Below, one piece after another: positions 52,290 to 64,000 of a stretch of DNA of 64,000 bases. Where the stretch lies: the NCBI GenBank assembly GCA_973895155.1, contig OZ316897.1:20215224-20279223 (forward strand), written 5' to 3'. Every line of letters starts with the position of its first letter. The stretch's first letter is position 1. Both the position numbers and the translations under genes were made by a program. The notes beneath the pieces are model-generated. The model was not told where the DNA came from. It was given only the letters and a program-made list of their open reading frames with translations, and did not search any database. The stretch comes from Marsupella aquatica. Its lineage: Eukaryota > Plantae > Marchantiophyta.

Positions 52290-52700
52290 CTCACCGAGAA
52301 CCGTTGACTATTCGCCGATATACACAAATCTTCCAGTGAAGACAGGTCCCGAAACTGTCCGGTAGATGCCTATCCTTAAGAGTTGGCCGAAATTATCTGG
52401 CAATCTTTGTAATCGTGTGCAGGTGAGCAGTTCCAGTTCTTGCAGAGAGAAGACCGAAACTCTCGGGCAGTCTTTCAAGACACTCGCATTCCTCCAGACG
52501 CAGCGACGTCGGTGAAAGTAAGTTCCCAAAGTCATCGGATAGCGCCTCTAGCCCCTAGTGTGGTCAATAGTTCGAGAGCCCTGAGTTGGCCGAAATTGTC
52601 AGGAATCTATGTAATGTTTCACATCTTACTAATACTAATTCCTGCAAGGCCGAGAGATTCCCGACGCTTGCAGGCAATCGTCCAAGTCTACATAAGTTAT
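52290..52700 (-). pseudogene. Deleted/degenerate LRR remnant similar to the 3' part of HNL2
   Basis: 52385-52610 aligns with 55265-55500 (gcag...agagaagaccgaaactctcgggcagtct, ccctgagttggccgaaattgtcagg) and reads [23 protein letters not shown]. It ends in sequence resembling the GEDRAPGSH terminus. Confidence 0.8.
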
Positions 52701-54638
52701 ACAATAATAATGTCAAAGTAACGATATTGCCAGACATAACTCGATTTCAATGGGCCCAAGATACTGTGGACCGTAGGATCCTCTTCACGTAAGTTCCAGG
52801 GCGCTCTTGTTCTTCACCCCTTGGATCAAGGCTGATATTGAGAAATAATTAGTATATTTTAAGATAGACAAGACAGTGCTTCAATGGCGTTACACAGACT
52901 TACTGTCCATTCACGAAACTAAGCAACTTATCACCCTTCAGACTCAATTTGTTCGAACCACCAGAATATATTATCAACTGTAGGTCTCTTTCCTTCGTCT
53001 CATTGTTTACAACTATGTGATCTACAGTACATGGTTGCTGTATTAGATTTTGATTCTCTGGCCTGGTCTGGTAAGACGTGTAGAATTAGGCTTTTAGCTC
53101 TACTCTCGGCATACCTGCCGTTTCCAGGTGACTCTAGGGGTTTACTCTCTGTTGGGTGTTCTATGTATTTTATTGACTTGCCCCTCGACACCTTCTCCCC
53201 AGAAAGAAAGAAAGAAAATGATCCTCTTCACATTAAAGTGTAAGCGAACACAGCCCTAATGAGACCTGACATCACTTCTGAATATTTTGGCATGATGAAC
53301 CTATAGTGACCATTTCAGACTTCACATGAAAATGAAGCTTTACTAGCACAGATCCCCATCCCTCTTTGTGCAGAACGGAGTAGCTCTTCTGGGGCAATAC
53401 CATGCGCAACCAAGCACAGTGAGAGTCTGTAGGAGCACACTGGGCCGGCTCTTGTTGCTAGGGCAACAATCCCCAGCATTGAGGCTCCTACAAACGGCAG
53501 ACAAGGAGATCGCCCATAAAACTATTTCAGAAATCAAAGTGTCAGTACTGCTGGAACAGCAGACATTACGAGCACGGGTTGTTATGTGAGGTTTTTTTCC
53601 AGTAGTTCAGTCAGATGCTATCATGCATGATGCATATATTCAGATAATTTCAGTAAGTTGTACATCTCCTTCTTGCAAGCCTTGATGATCTTCTCCATAG
53701 TTTAGACTCATTGTGAGTGTTTCAATGTTTGCTGTAGCTTGGTCTGTTTCTGACGTAGATGAAATTGGCCAGACGGCTACAACAGACACCAGATAAAGAG
53801 GTCCCCCCACAAGAAAAAGTTCAGAAATCAATCAACAGCTCGGACAAAATTGACAACAAGTGGCTGGAGCGTTCAATTGGGCAAATTGAGATAAAGTGGA
53901 AACATTGCCCAGTTCACTGAATGGCAGACTCCGATACATGAGGAACGCCACATTGACTGATTCGTGATAAACGGCACATTTTACCCTAGCACAAGCTGGT
54001 TTCATTCCCCAATTCCGACTGTCTAGTTATGATGTCTAGAATTGCTTTTATTTCTTTCGAATCATGACATAGCTAGAGGTGAACAGAGACAACATTTTAA
54101 ATGATTGAATACAGCCAAAGATTTGAGTTCTTCTAATTCCTTTCACAGACACATCCTTGCATCATTTTTGGAAAACTCTATACTATCTGTATTTATGATT
54201 TTCAGTTTTTACGTGCCTGCCTGACCTCATCTCCTATTCCAAATAGGGTTTCTCTCACCAAACACATTTACAATTAAGGATTTCCAAATTCTCAAAAATT
54301 TGTTGTTGTAACATGACATTGTCATTGGGCAAGAACAACTTACTCCACTCCACCACTTTGCAACAACTTCCTCTACTCCATCACGTTGCAACAAGCTTGC
54401 TTGTCTAGTTGGTAGACTAGTTGTTGCAAATTTGGAGATCAAGGTTTTTAGATTGACACATCCCATGTGCGCAGATGGGCGTGGCCGATCCCCGCTGCAA
54501 AGACGAGTGGCGTAGGTTTTCGCGGAGGCAGACATGCACCTGCTCACCCTCTGATCTCCCTGCGCATGGATGGACGGCCTTTCTATCCGTCTACCACCTC
54601 GCTTTGCTCGACAATCCCGAAGGTAGCTTTACTTCAGC

Positions 54639-57600
54639 TTAGTGAGAACCGGGCGCTCTGTCCTCGCCAGGGCATATTCTCTGGTACCACGTTCCGTAAC
54701 ACCTATCGAACATAAGATCATTACCTTCACGAACAGGATACTTTTTATCGGACTGAATCCAGCCCAATCCTTGCATTACCGAGTCAGAAAGGAATGGACA
54801 CTCATGAACATGTAGCCCAAATCCCTCCGTCAATGCTATTTGGGAGGAATGGCCCGCTGCCGGTCTTCTCGTCTCAGTGCTTCTGTCTCCATGATGCGAG
54901 AAGTTCCTTCCCAAACTATCTGGTAGACTCTTCAATTCGCTGCAGCTGACGAGTATCATTGTTCTCAGGGACGACATGCACCCGAAACTGTCCGGAAGGG
55001 TCTGTAAATCCCAACAGTTCCCAATCCGAAGGATTTCTACAGGCCCAAGGTTACCAAGTTCTTCCGGTAAACTCCTCGCCATTCTCGCCTCAACAATCAG
55101 TTTCTTCAGCCCTTGAAGCTGCCCTATGATCAGCGGGAATCGTTGCAACTTATCGGCTGATATATGCAAATATTCCAGTGAAGAGAGGTTCCCAAAACTG
55201 TCCGGTTGCTCCTCTAGGTGGGCGGCCTCATCTATCCTTAACGTCTTCAGAGCCGGGAGCTGCCCGAACTTATCTGGCAATCTTTGTAATCGTTCGCAGC
55301 CGACCAACTCCAGTTTTTGCAGGGCAGAGAGAAGACCGAAACTCTCGGGCAGTCTTACAAGACTTGGACAGTAAGACAGACTCAGCGATGTCAGTGAAAC
55401 AAAGTTTCCAAAGTCATCGGGTAGCGCCACTAGCTGACGGGCCACAGATATGACCAAATTTTCAAGAGCCCTGAGTTGGCCGAAATTGTCAGGTAACCTC
55501 TGTAAAATCAAACAGCTTCGTAGTTGTAAGGTTTTCAAGGCCGAGAGATTCCCGAAACTCGCCGGCAATCTTCCAAGACGCTCACAGTCATAGAGATCCA
55601 AATATGTGAGGGCAGGTAAATTCCCAATGCTGTCAGGTAGGGCCTCCAGGTGCTTAGCCCCTTCTATCGTCAAGCTTGTAAGAGCCTTGAATTGGTCAAT
55701 ACTTTCCGGCAGCGTCTTTAGTTGCGTACACTCAAACAGCTCAAGTTCTTGCAAGGACGAAAGTGACTCAAAACAAGCAGGCAGCCTGTCTAGACTGTCA
55801 CACCTGTCTAGATTAAGATATGTAAGGGAAGGTAAATTCTCATGCAAGCCGAAGTGTCTCACTTCTGTAGGCTCTTGACACCTAAGGCTCAGGCCATTAC
55901 GGACGCTCAACTCTGTCAGCGAGGAGAGGTGCCCGAATCCTTCGGGCAGACTTGCGAGCCTGACACAATCAAAAACGCTTAATGTCACCAGGGAAGAAAG
56001 ATTCCCAAAAGATTTGGGCAGGTCCTCAAGTTCAAGCCCCGATAAAAGCAAACGTTCGAGGGCCGAAAGGTTGCCAAACGAATGCGGCAGTGCTGTCAAC
56101 CTGACATCAACCAACTCCAACCGTTTCAGTTGGTGTAGATGACCAAAATCGTCCGGCAGGCGGGAAGGCCCCCTTATATCATGAAGAGATAAAATGCGCA
56201 GGTCGCTGTACTTCCCCAATGCTTCAAGACTTTCCTCCGGCATCTGCCAGCCTCGGAGGTCTAAGAAAGGTAGATTGTTCATGTTCTCGAGACTGATAGG
56301 GAGGAGGGGCCGCTGCGGGCTCGCCCGACCAATGTAGCTCATCGGACTAAAGAATGTTAGTAAGCAAAGCTTGCTTGATAAGATGTCGCTGGACCCTGCG
56401 GGTAATATATTCACCAGTTTCAAATACTTCAGTTTTTCCAACTTATTTAGCAATTCTAACTGAAGCTCTGGGATTTGACTAAGATCATCGGCCCAGAGGT
56501 GCAGAATACTTGTCTGTGCTTGCACCTGTTGACAAAGTACATATTATATTAGCCTTCTTTTACCGAAAAGGTTCAAAACATTTAAGCATCGATTGGATTC
56601 TTGGACTCGTCATTTAAAACAGATATTGCACTAGTGACTTGAATTTAATCCCTTGAGAAACATAATTTGGTACTCTACCGCTTCGAAGAAAACTCCATAA
56701 ACTTTTGGCATTTCTTCATCAAATCGCATACGACATAATAACCGGCAGTCATATTGGAGTCGAAGTTTCTGCTCCAGTACATACCGCATTTGCATTGAGA
56801 AAATCCACTGCTTCCGAACTTTCTCCAACAGACCTTAATATGATGGCCCCTTTGGAGAGATAATTGGCTAAATCACGGAGATGTTCATGCACCCACACTT
56901 TCTTGGACTCGATGTCCGTGTTCCAATTGTCATCCCATTCAGTCTTATCAACTTCCTTCACCATGGATGTCCTCAGCAAATTAGCCCACCTCGATTCTGA
57001 ACATCCCCAAGCAGTGCTCCAAGCAGCAAGGGCTGTTTCTACGGGCTGATCAAAAAAATAAGTTCCAGCTTCGATGAACATTCCTTGCTCTTCGGGCGAC
57101 AGAGCATCATAGCTCACTCTCAATGCACTCCACACTCTGTCATTCCGGAGCCCATCAACAGATTGAGCTTTCGCAAGCTTTTCTAATGTCTCCTTCCAGA
57201 CCCTAGCATTACTCTTGTGATTCCTTAGATAGCACCCCATTACTTCGAGCGTCAATGGTAAGCCGGCGCATTTCTCAACCACTTTCTTCACGTTTTCTTC
57301 CATTAGACGATTCACCTTGGTAAGATCGTCCGGAATTCCTTCTTGCTGAAATGCATGATGGCAAAAGAGCTTCTTTGCCTCGTTAGACATGAGAAATTCA
57401 ACGTCATATATGGCACAATTTGGAAAAATATTCAAAACACCCTTATCACGAGTGGTAAAGATCAGTCGACTGCCACTGCCAAACTCATCCAATCTAGGCA
57501 GAATTCTGACTTGACTTTCCGAGTCAACATCGTCCATCGCGATCAGAGACTTCTTCTTCTGAAGATGAGACCATTGCAATGAATTGTGGTCCACCCTATT

Positions 57601-60600
57601 TCCATTCCGAAGAAACTGGTTGAGTACCCAGTCCTTCAATTCGTGCACCTTCATGCCTTTGACATTTTCCACAAAACATGTGTATTCATATTGTGGAGAG
57701 ATATTGTTGAATAGCTCCTTAGCAATAGTGGTTTTCCCGATGCCACCCATACCCACAATTCCAAGAACGGGAGTACTTGCTAACTTCTGTTGAACCTGGA
57801 AAACACGCCTCTCCAGAGCCGTAGGATAATCTGGGAGCCCATACACCGTTGCCTGGAATGATCAATACTATGCGTTAGGTTAAATGTAACTATCTTTAGG
57901 AAGTTAAAAAAATTGTCTGGAGTGACAAAGAATTCTCGGTCACACTTTCTTCCTCTACCTTGCTTGGTGGTGCTGGTAGAGCCTTTCTTCTGCAAGTATG
58001 GAAGCTACCTTATAATCAATGCTCTATAGTAGTCAGCCGAGGGACTCTGAAGTAGTAGAAAGCGCAGATATCAGCATGATACAGAGATCATCTCTATGTC
58101 ACAATACTTAGCAGCCCTCGGCTTAGGGGGCAGGTGCGCAGCAAGCACTTGACCGGAGGAACAGCGCTTGTAGGAAGAAGGGGTCGAGTTTACGAAGGAC
58201 CGAGAATCATTTTGGTGGGACCCGTAGCGCGAATACGGTAGTGTGGAAACAAATTCAAATTTGGATCTTGACATGTTGGTGCTTTTTAACGGTAGGCATA
58301 TTGCTAGGAAGTTGTGATTAGCAGAGAAACTCTAATGTCGTATACAGTACTCCTTTCTGACGATGGGAATCGCTCTCATGGGAGTGCCTGATTGGAATAA
58401 ATTCAGCTAGCGCATGCAATAACTCTATCAAAGTTGTATATTTTCAAATGTCTTCCACTTGTGTCCTACCAGAAGGTCTCTACAGCGCCTGGAGAAGCAT
58501 TTGAAGTATACAATGCTAGGATTACAATTGACGTAAACTAGACGGAATGGACAACTTAGACCCTCATTTGCGAAGAGGAACACGCTTTGAAGTTTGAAGT
58601 AATCTGTCGAGACTGGAAAGAATGAGAAATATGCCTATAGTAGTTGACTGCTTCTGACAAACAAAGATAAAAACTTCTGAGCGTGAACGTTCATTTAATA
58701 AAATAATGGTTACCCGGGTGCTCTTTGTAAAGAAGCGACTAATTTTCATCAGCACATTACCGTCGTTGTTTTTTCTCATGTTGATGGCAGTCGATACAGA
58801 GATTCACGGTAACTTGAAAGAGAAAAACATAACTCCAGCAAATACAATCTATATCAGGGATCGAGGTACTCACCTTTGAATCAGTTGCAACGCCCTCGAG
58901 AAACTTTGTCAGGGCAGAGAAACTTCTGCAAGTCTTTTCCATTGGCCTACAGACAGAGATGTGGTCTGCCCTTTCCACAATGTTGAAACTAGTGCCATAT
59001 CTTGAAGATGCTTCTTCAACAACTAAATCAATAAAACTACCCTGCAAAAAGTTAACCAAAGACGACATGTTACCATATATAGCATAACAAATCTCCTTCC
59101 TATCGTCGACCCCTTGGCTGATCCTCTGCATGCTTCATGTGTAAACAAAAGTTAAAGACATATGAAGGACGATGCAGTACTGAACGAAGTCAAGATCACC
59201 TGCGAATTCAATACACGAGGTACCATATCACTACTTTTCTGCATGTGTAATCATGATTATCTGCGATTGCACGTTACATAATTCCTTTCATACTATCTTT
59301 CATAATTATGTTGACAATGCGTGAATCTTAGATTTTGAAGACACTGAGTAGGACATTCGAGGATCATTTGACTCCCCCGATCAGGGCCTCAAGTTCAAAA
59401 AGTATCCAGAACTCCAAACATGGCGACTAGAAAATGATGTGCTTACCAATCCCGCTTTATTTCACAATCCCAACAGCTCCAGGGCCATTTGACGCAACAA
59501 GCATCTACGCAGAAGTACATTACGAAAACTGTGGAGAGAGAAGTCCGCCTTCAACCCCAACTGGATACTTTGGACTGAATGCATGTGTAGAGGATTGTTT
59601 CCCTTAGCAAATCATAACTAAAATTGGCGAATACATACCTTTTTCATATCAATTCTTTACATCGAGTAGAAGTGGAACTAGTTCTTACCGAATTGGTTTC
59701 AAGACTTTCTCCGACTCCTGCAATTTGCCACATCTTGTATTGTCCATCTTGTCCGCAAAGATTGTCGAAATCAGAATTGACTCTTGCTCTTGGTGTACTA
59801 AGAGTTTTCACATATTCCAATAAGGGACCTTCACCCACAAAATGTTCAGCTATGTGGTCGGAGACTCCTTGATGTGGAGTAGAATAGAAAAATATCCCTT
59901 TTACATTTTCCAAAAATGCAGTTAGCTGAAAGTTTTTCTCAGAGTTCCGCTTCAAGCGGCCTGTTGTGCTTGATGCATACACGCATATGTCCTTTATGAC
60001 CAAGCCCCCAAAACTATGACCAACCAATACGACAGGGCGGCAGGGTTCTTGTCCGATCTTTGCAGTCAGCAGATCTGATGTCAAGTTCTCACTTATGAGA
60101 TGCATGTCAATCGTTCCACCTTCACAACTCTTAATAACACTAGCATCGTAAGAAACAGACAGAATGCGGGCATCGGGAAACTTCTCCACCAACCAAGTTT
60201 GTGGCCAAATGGAGGATCCGTCTCTACATTTCCATGTAGACAAATGGGCATCTTTATAATCCCCGTGTTGGAATCCATGGAAAAATAAGATGTCCACGCT
60301 TGGTTCGCCCGGGCGGACTATGCAATTCGTACACAGAAGAATTCAATTGGGACACCTGATAACGCAAGCAAACTGGTTCAAGTTAATTCTCTGTCGACGA
60401 TTTCGTACAAAATGCGAAATCAGCTGGGACAAGATTGTACAAATTTCAGAGATGAGAGACTGAGACGCGTCACACACTGTAATCTTGCTACCCCTGTGAC
60501 AAAAGAAGCACAGTTTAGGTCAAAAACATTCACAAGGTAGTATAGAGAGATCACCACCAAGTCTATGTTGGAAAGTACCTGTCCAGCGTCTGCTGGGATT

Positions 60601-60782
60601 TTCGAGGGCAGACGGAGCAATTTATTTCTCCGGTGGAACACGGCACTTGCAGCTACGGGTACAGCTACGGCCGCACAAGTTGCAACAACTGCAACGAGCC
60701 GGGTGAGAAAACCCATGGCAATGCAACACAACAGGACTGTCCATAATGCAAGCATTACCATGAGCCGGTCTAGAAAACTCAT
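54639..60782 (-). CDS. HNL2: alpha/beta-hydrolase-NB-ARC-LRR immune receptor with a hydrophobic N-terminal leader; one apparent frameshift at the start of exon 2
   Basis: Exons 60782-60579 (hydrophobic leader), 60355-59689 (LFFHG, GHSFGG, YSTPHQG), 59041-58874 ([14 protein letters not shown]), 57852-56785 ([25 protein letters not shown]) and 56525-54639 (LRR). All are phase-0 GT-AG introns at the same positions as in HNL1. There is a +1 shift at ~60310. Confidence 0.9.
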
Positions 60783-61839
60783 AGCGATACGGCGCAAAAT
60801 TTAAAGAAAGCTCAGACTAAAACCCTGCCGCAACCTCCAAAACTAATTGACGTAAGTGTTCGTTCGGAATCACTACAGAGATTCGGGACATGTTATTGTG
60901 GAGTGCCTGCTGCTGGACGAAAACAGAATGGTCCGGGGGTGCAGCACGGTCACTTCAGCTCTTTCTTATGCATGGACGTCTTTGCCCTGATCCGCTTAGA
61001 AGTAGTAGACTTGGCAGAAGCCCCGCAGTTTGCACTAACGCACATCGACGTTTCTTCGGGAAGCAGTGTTTCGTTTAAGCTCTCAAGCTCTCCATTGGGG
61101 ATCCGAATGTTGGCCTCATGATCTTCTTTCTCCCATCGACCAATCTCGGCCTCGTTTTGTTTCACGGCATTTGCTCTCCCTCCGTGCTGCTAGGTTCTCC
61201 ATCGATGTTCTGCCGAGTTTGTGTGCACAGAACAGTGCTCGACATTTCTTCAATGTTAGTTCCCTCCAATCATACACTCTGTGACACAAACTGCTGTCTT
61301 TAGTCTCACAGCATCTATTTGGGATTTTGGGTCGACCGAAAATATTTTAAGTTGACAAAATTTGAGGGCCTCTTTACGTCACCTCAGGCCTATGTCTTAT
61401 TAGCCCCACATTTTTCAGTCATTCAATCTCAGCTAAACGATCAGAGAAAGTGGGTCAAGTACCAGCTCGGGAGGATTATTGGTGTAGCCCGAGTTGCCAG
61501 AGGATTGGGACCTGTGACCAAAAAAAAATCTTGTTCAATTCGAGATGATGTGTGTGCCTTTCACTCCCACTATTGATAAGCATTCATTGGTATTAGTTGA
61601 GCGGATTGATCTACCCTTGTCATTGCCATGGTTCTCGGGCAAGCAGGCTAATGTTGCCCCGGACCATCTTAGCTCTAATCTTTGATCTTGCTCTTTGCAT
61701 CTACTGTACATAGCCTGCGGCCAGATCTTCCATTTGCTAGGTGGCTTGCTTTCTAGTCCCCATCAACACCCCATGTTTGACACTTCATTGTTAGGTCAAG
61801 TGCTCATTTGGAGGCCAAGAAGGGAAGAAAATCCACAAG

Positions 61840-62020
61840 TTCACTTTCAAAAACCTCTGTCCCATTTACAATTGTCTTTTCTAAGGACAATTCACATTAG
61901 AAAACATCTGTCCCATTTAGAATTTTGTTTTCTCAGGACAATTTCACTAAATCTCCGTTCCATTTAGATTTTTATTTTCTCAGGGCAATTTCACTTTAGA
62001 AAACCTCTGTCCCATTTTGG
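61840..62020. repeat. Degenerate ~50-bp tandem repeat x4, lying between direct-repeat segments (61360-61460 and 62090-62240)
   Basis: ttcac.tt...aaa.ctctgtcccattt units; attcaatctc.g...aa..atcagagaaagtggg.caagt at ~61421 and ~62191. Confidence 0.65.
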
Positions 62021-63812
62021 TTCTTGTTGACTCCACCCGTCCATTGGAAGAAGTCTTTGTCTCACATCTTTTCCTTCGAGTCAAAAAGGTTTGAGGGGCC
62101 TACAGCCCAAAACAAATACCACCTGGTGCGGCGGTAAAGGCAGGGTACATAATTTTTGGTTTATTTCATAGCCTCACAATTTTCCATCAGATTCAATCTC
62201 GGACATAAAATCAGAGAAAGTGGGACAAGTTCACTTTAAAATGCCTATGTTTCTAAATTCTGCAACTCATCCTCACGAAACAGCCACTCACCACCAATTC
62301 TGCTTAAAAATTGGAATGAATTCATTTTGATTTATTGCCAAAAAGAACCTTCCCTTCCTCTACAGTGTATGCTATTTTGTAAGTTCTGCGTTGTCGGGGC
62401 TATGGTAAATACCGTAGTCATCATTAGGTTCGCAGTCACTAACCGCATAACATTAATTTAAGGTCGTTTCCACCTGCTGCGATCCCGTGGCTTATTTTTT
62501 CCTGGCCGTTGATGATCCTAGTATCGATATATCAGTGTTTTCACGTGAGCCTGCCCTAAACCCTTTGTTTGCAGCGTCATCTGGGTTTCTCTTCCTGTTC
62601 GCGGTGGAGGCAATGACGAATGTTGTGTTCGTAGCAGCGATGGATTCCTGGGAGATTTTGCGGATTGGCGCGTCGATAGGGTTTGTTTGGAGATTTCGCG
62701 AGCGGCGGGAGTTAGATTGTGGCTGAATGGAAGGTTTCGCAAGTGCCACGACTGCTCATTTCGATCGTCGATGTGAATCGGTTCAATTTAGAGTTGAAGT
62801 GGGAGTTGAAGACCTTCATAGAATCATGTGTTTGCGACTGTATCCAGCCTTTTAGTGTGCCATTTACAATTTGATGTCCCATAAGTGCTTGTATGTTTGA
62901 TTTGTAGCTCCATTACTCTCTTCTTTCTAGGTATGTTGAAGTGTACAGTCTTTCGTGTTGTACATTACAGGCATCTGAGGAGTTGCGTGCAGATTGGACA
63001 AGGCAAGTGCATTCCACATGAATTGCAACGCAGGTAGTAGTTGTATTTCTTTCACATTCTTGAAGTGCAACTCTTTTTCATATGTGAATGTTGACGGCTC
63101 TTCACTGATTGACTGTCGAATTCTGGTTGAATGCAAGCGTGAGGGGATTTGTAATTGAATTAGCAGCTATGGAGGGAAGGGCTGCAAGATGGTGAGGAAA
63201 AGAAGCGGGAGTAAGTGCTGCCTCAAACCTTGCATGGATTTGTCATGGTCGGCTTTGTATAAGTAGTGGTTGTGGTGACTTACCTTCTCAATATCTGTCA
63301 CGCATTCACAGAGAAATTGCTCAAAGTGGAATGCCAATTTCCCAAGCATTTCATACCGCTGGTCATGTTGTAGTTGGAACTTTAGAGCTTCAACCCTCTC
63401 TATTAAACCACTGGTAGACTTCTATTGGTCCTGATTAGCCCAATGATTAGCCCAATTGCACACCTTCTGATAAATGCCCTGGCTTGCCAAATTTCAGCCA
63501 CTAGAAAGAAACTTGACCCTTAATGAAATTGCAATAAAATTACAGAGTCTCAACACGTACATTTTCAAGTTTGTCTCAAGTTATCAGTTGTTTGCCACGT
63601 CCTTGTTATTTCTACAACTATGTCTTCCTCCTAGTTAGGTTGCCCTGGCCCCTTCATTTAGGTATATTTCCCTTAGCCTCCTAGAATTGTGAGGACCTAT
63701 TTTAAAGATGTGTTGTAGGCAATGATTATACCACAATGTCAAAGGAAAGCTATAGCCAAACATAACTCCATTTGGCCATTGCAGAATTGGCACAAAAATG
63801 AAGCTTCAACTA

Positions 63813-63817
<5 letters not shown>

Positions 63818-63850
<33 letters not shown>
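63818..63850. repeat. (TC)n microsatellite
   Basis: Perfect tctctc run of ~33 nt. Confidence 0.97.
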
Positions 63851-63854
<4 letters not shown>

Positions 63855-64000
63855 TGCTCATCAGCAACAATCGTGTGCAACCAAGTCATCTACATTAGCG
63901 TGAGACCCCAATAAGTTAACCAGAACAAGAGGCCATGGCTCTACTTGTCGAGGCAACAATCAATACCATGCCAGCACAGTTCACTAATTAAATGACATAG

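Noticed and set aside
53000-54550. Possible spliced minus-strand exons between the LRR remnant and HNL2 (similar case at 62927-63400)
   Set aside because: Splice-like signals exist but no coherent frame or known domain could be built.
57959-57989. Possible 31-nt micro-exon ([10 protein letters not shown]) in HNL2 intron 3
   Set aside because: Including it would break the frame, and exons 3 and 4 already join in phase as in HNL1.

Overview
Eukaryotic nuclear DNA from a land plant, probably a non-seed plant such as a bryophyte or lycophyte. This is inferred from the short GT-AG introns, a plant MIRO gene and alpha/beta-hydrolase NLRs. From left to right the window holds: the 3' end of a CtpA1-type protease gene; an intronless universal stress protein gene; two back-to-back Mutator-like (MULE) transposons with TIRs and 10-bp TSDs; a MITE; an LTR-like piece; and a complete 14-exon MIRO GTPase gene. 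A ~35-kb immune cluster follows (25.4-60.8 kb). It contains two alpha/beta-hydrolase-NB-ARC-LRR (HNL) genes, two LRR remnants, and an old inverted duplication carrying an intronless, bacterial-type Delta-9 fatty-acid desaturase (one intact copy, one pseudogene). Three observations stand out. (1) The first MULE carries a convergent second gene that the ORF track misses; it encodes a hydrophobic N-terminus plus an RNase H1/caulimovirus-P6-type nucleic-acid-binding domain, a candidate accessory or anti-silencing factor. (2) The desaturase is a horizontal-transfer candidate sitting between lipase-like NLRs. (3) Both HNLs carry different frameshifts at the same spot, between the leader and the hydrolase domain. 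All family assignments are by eye from motifs; no searches were run.
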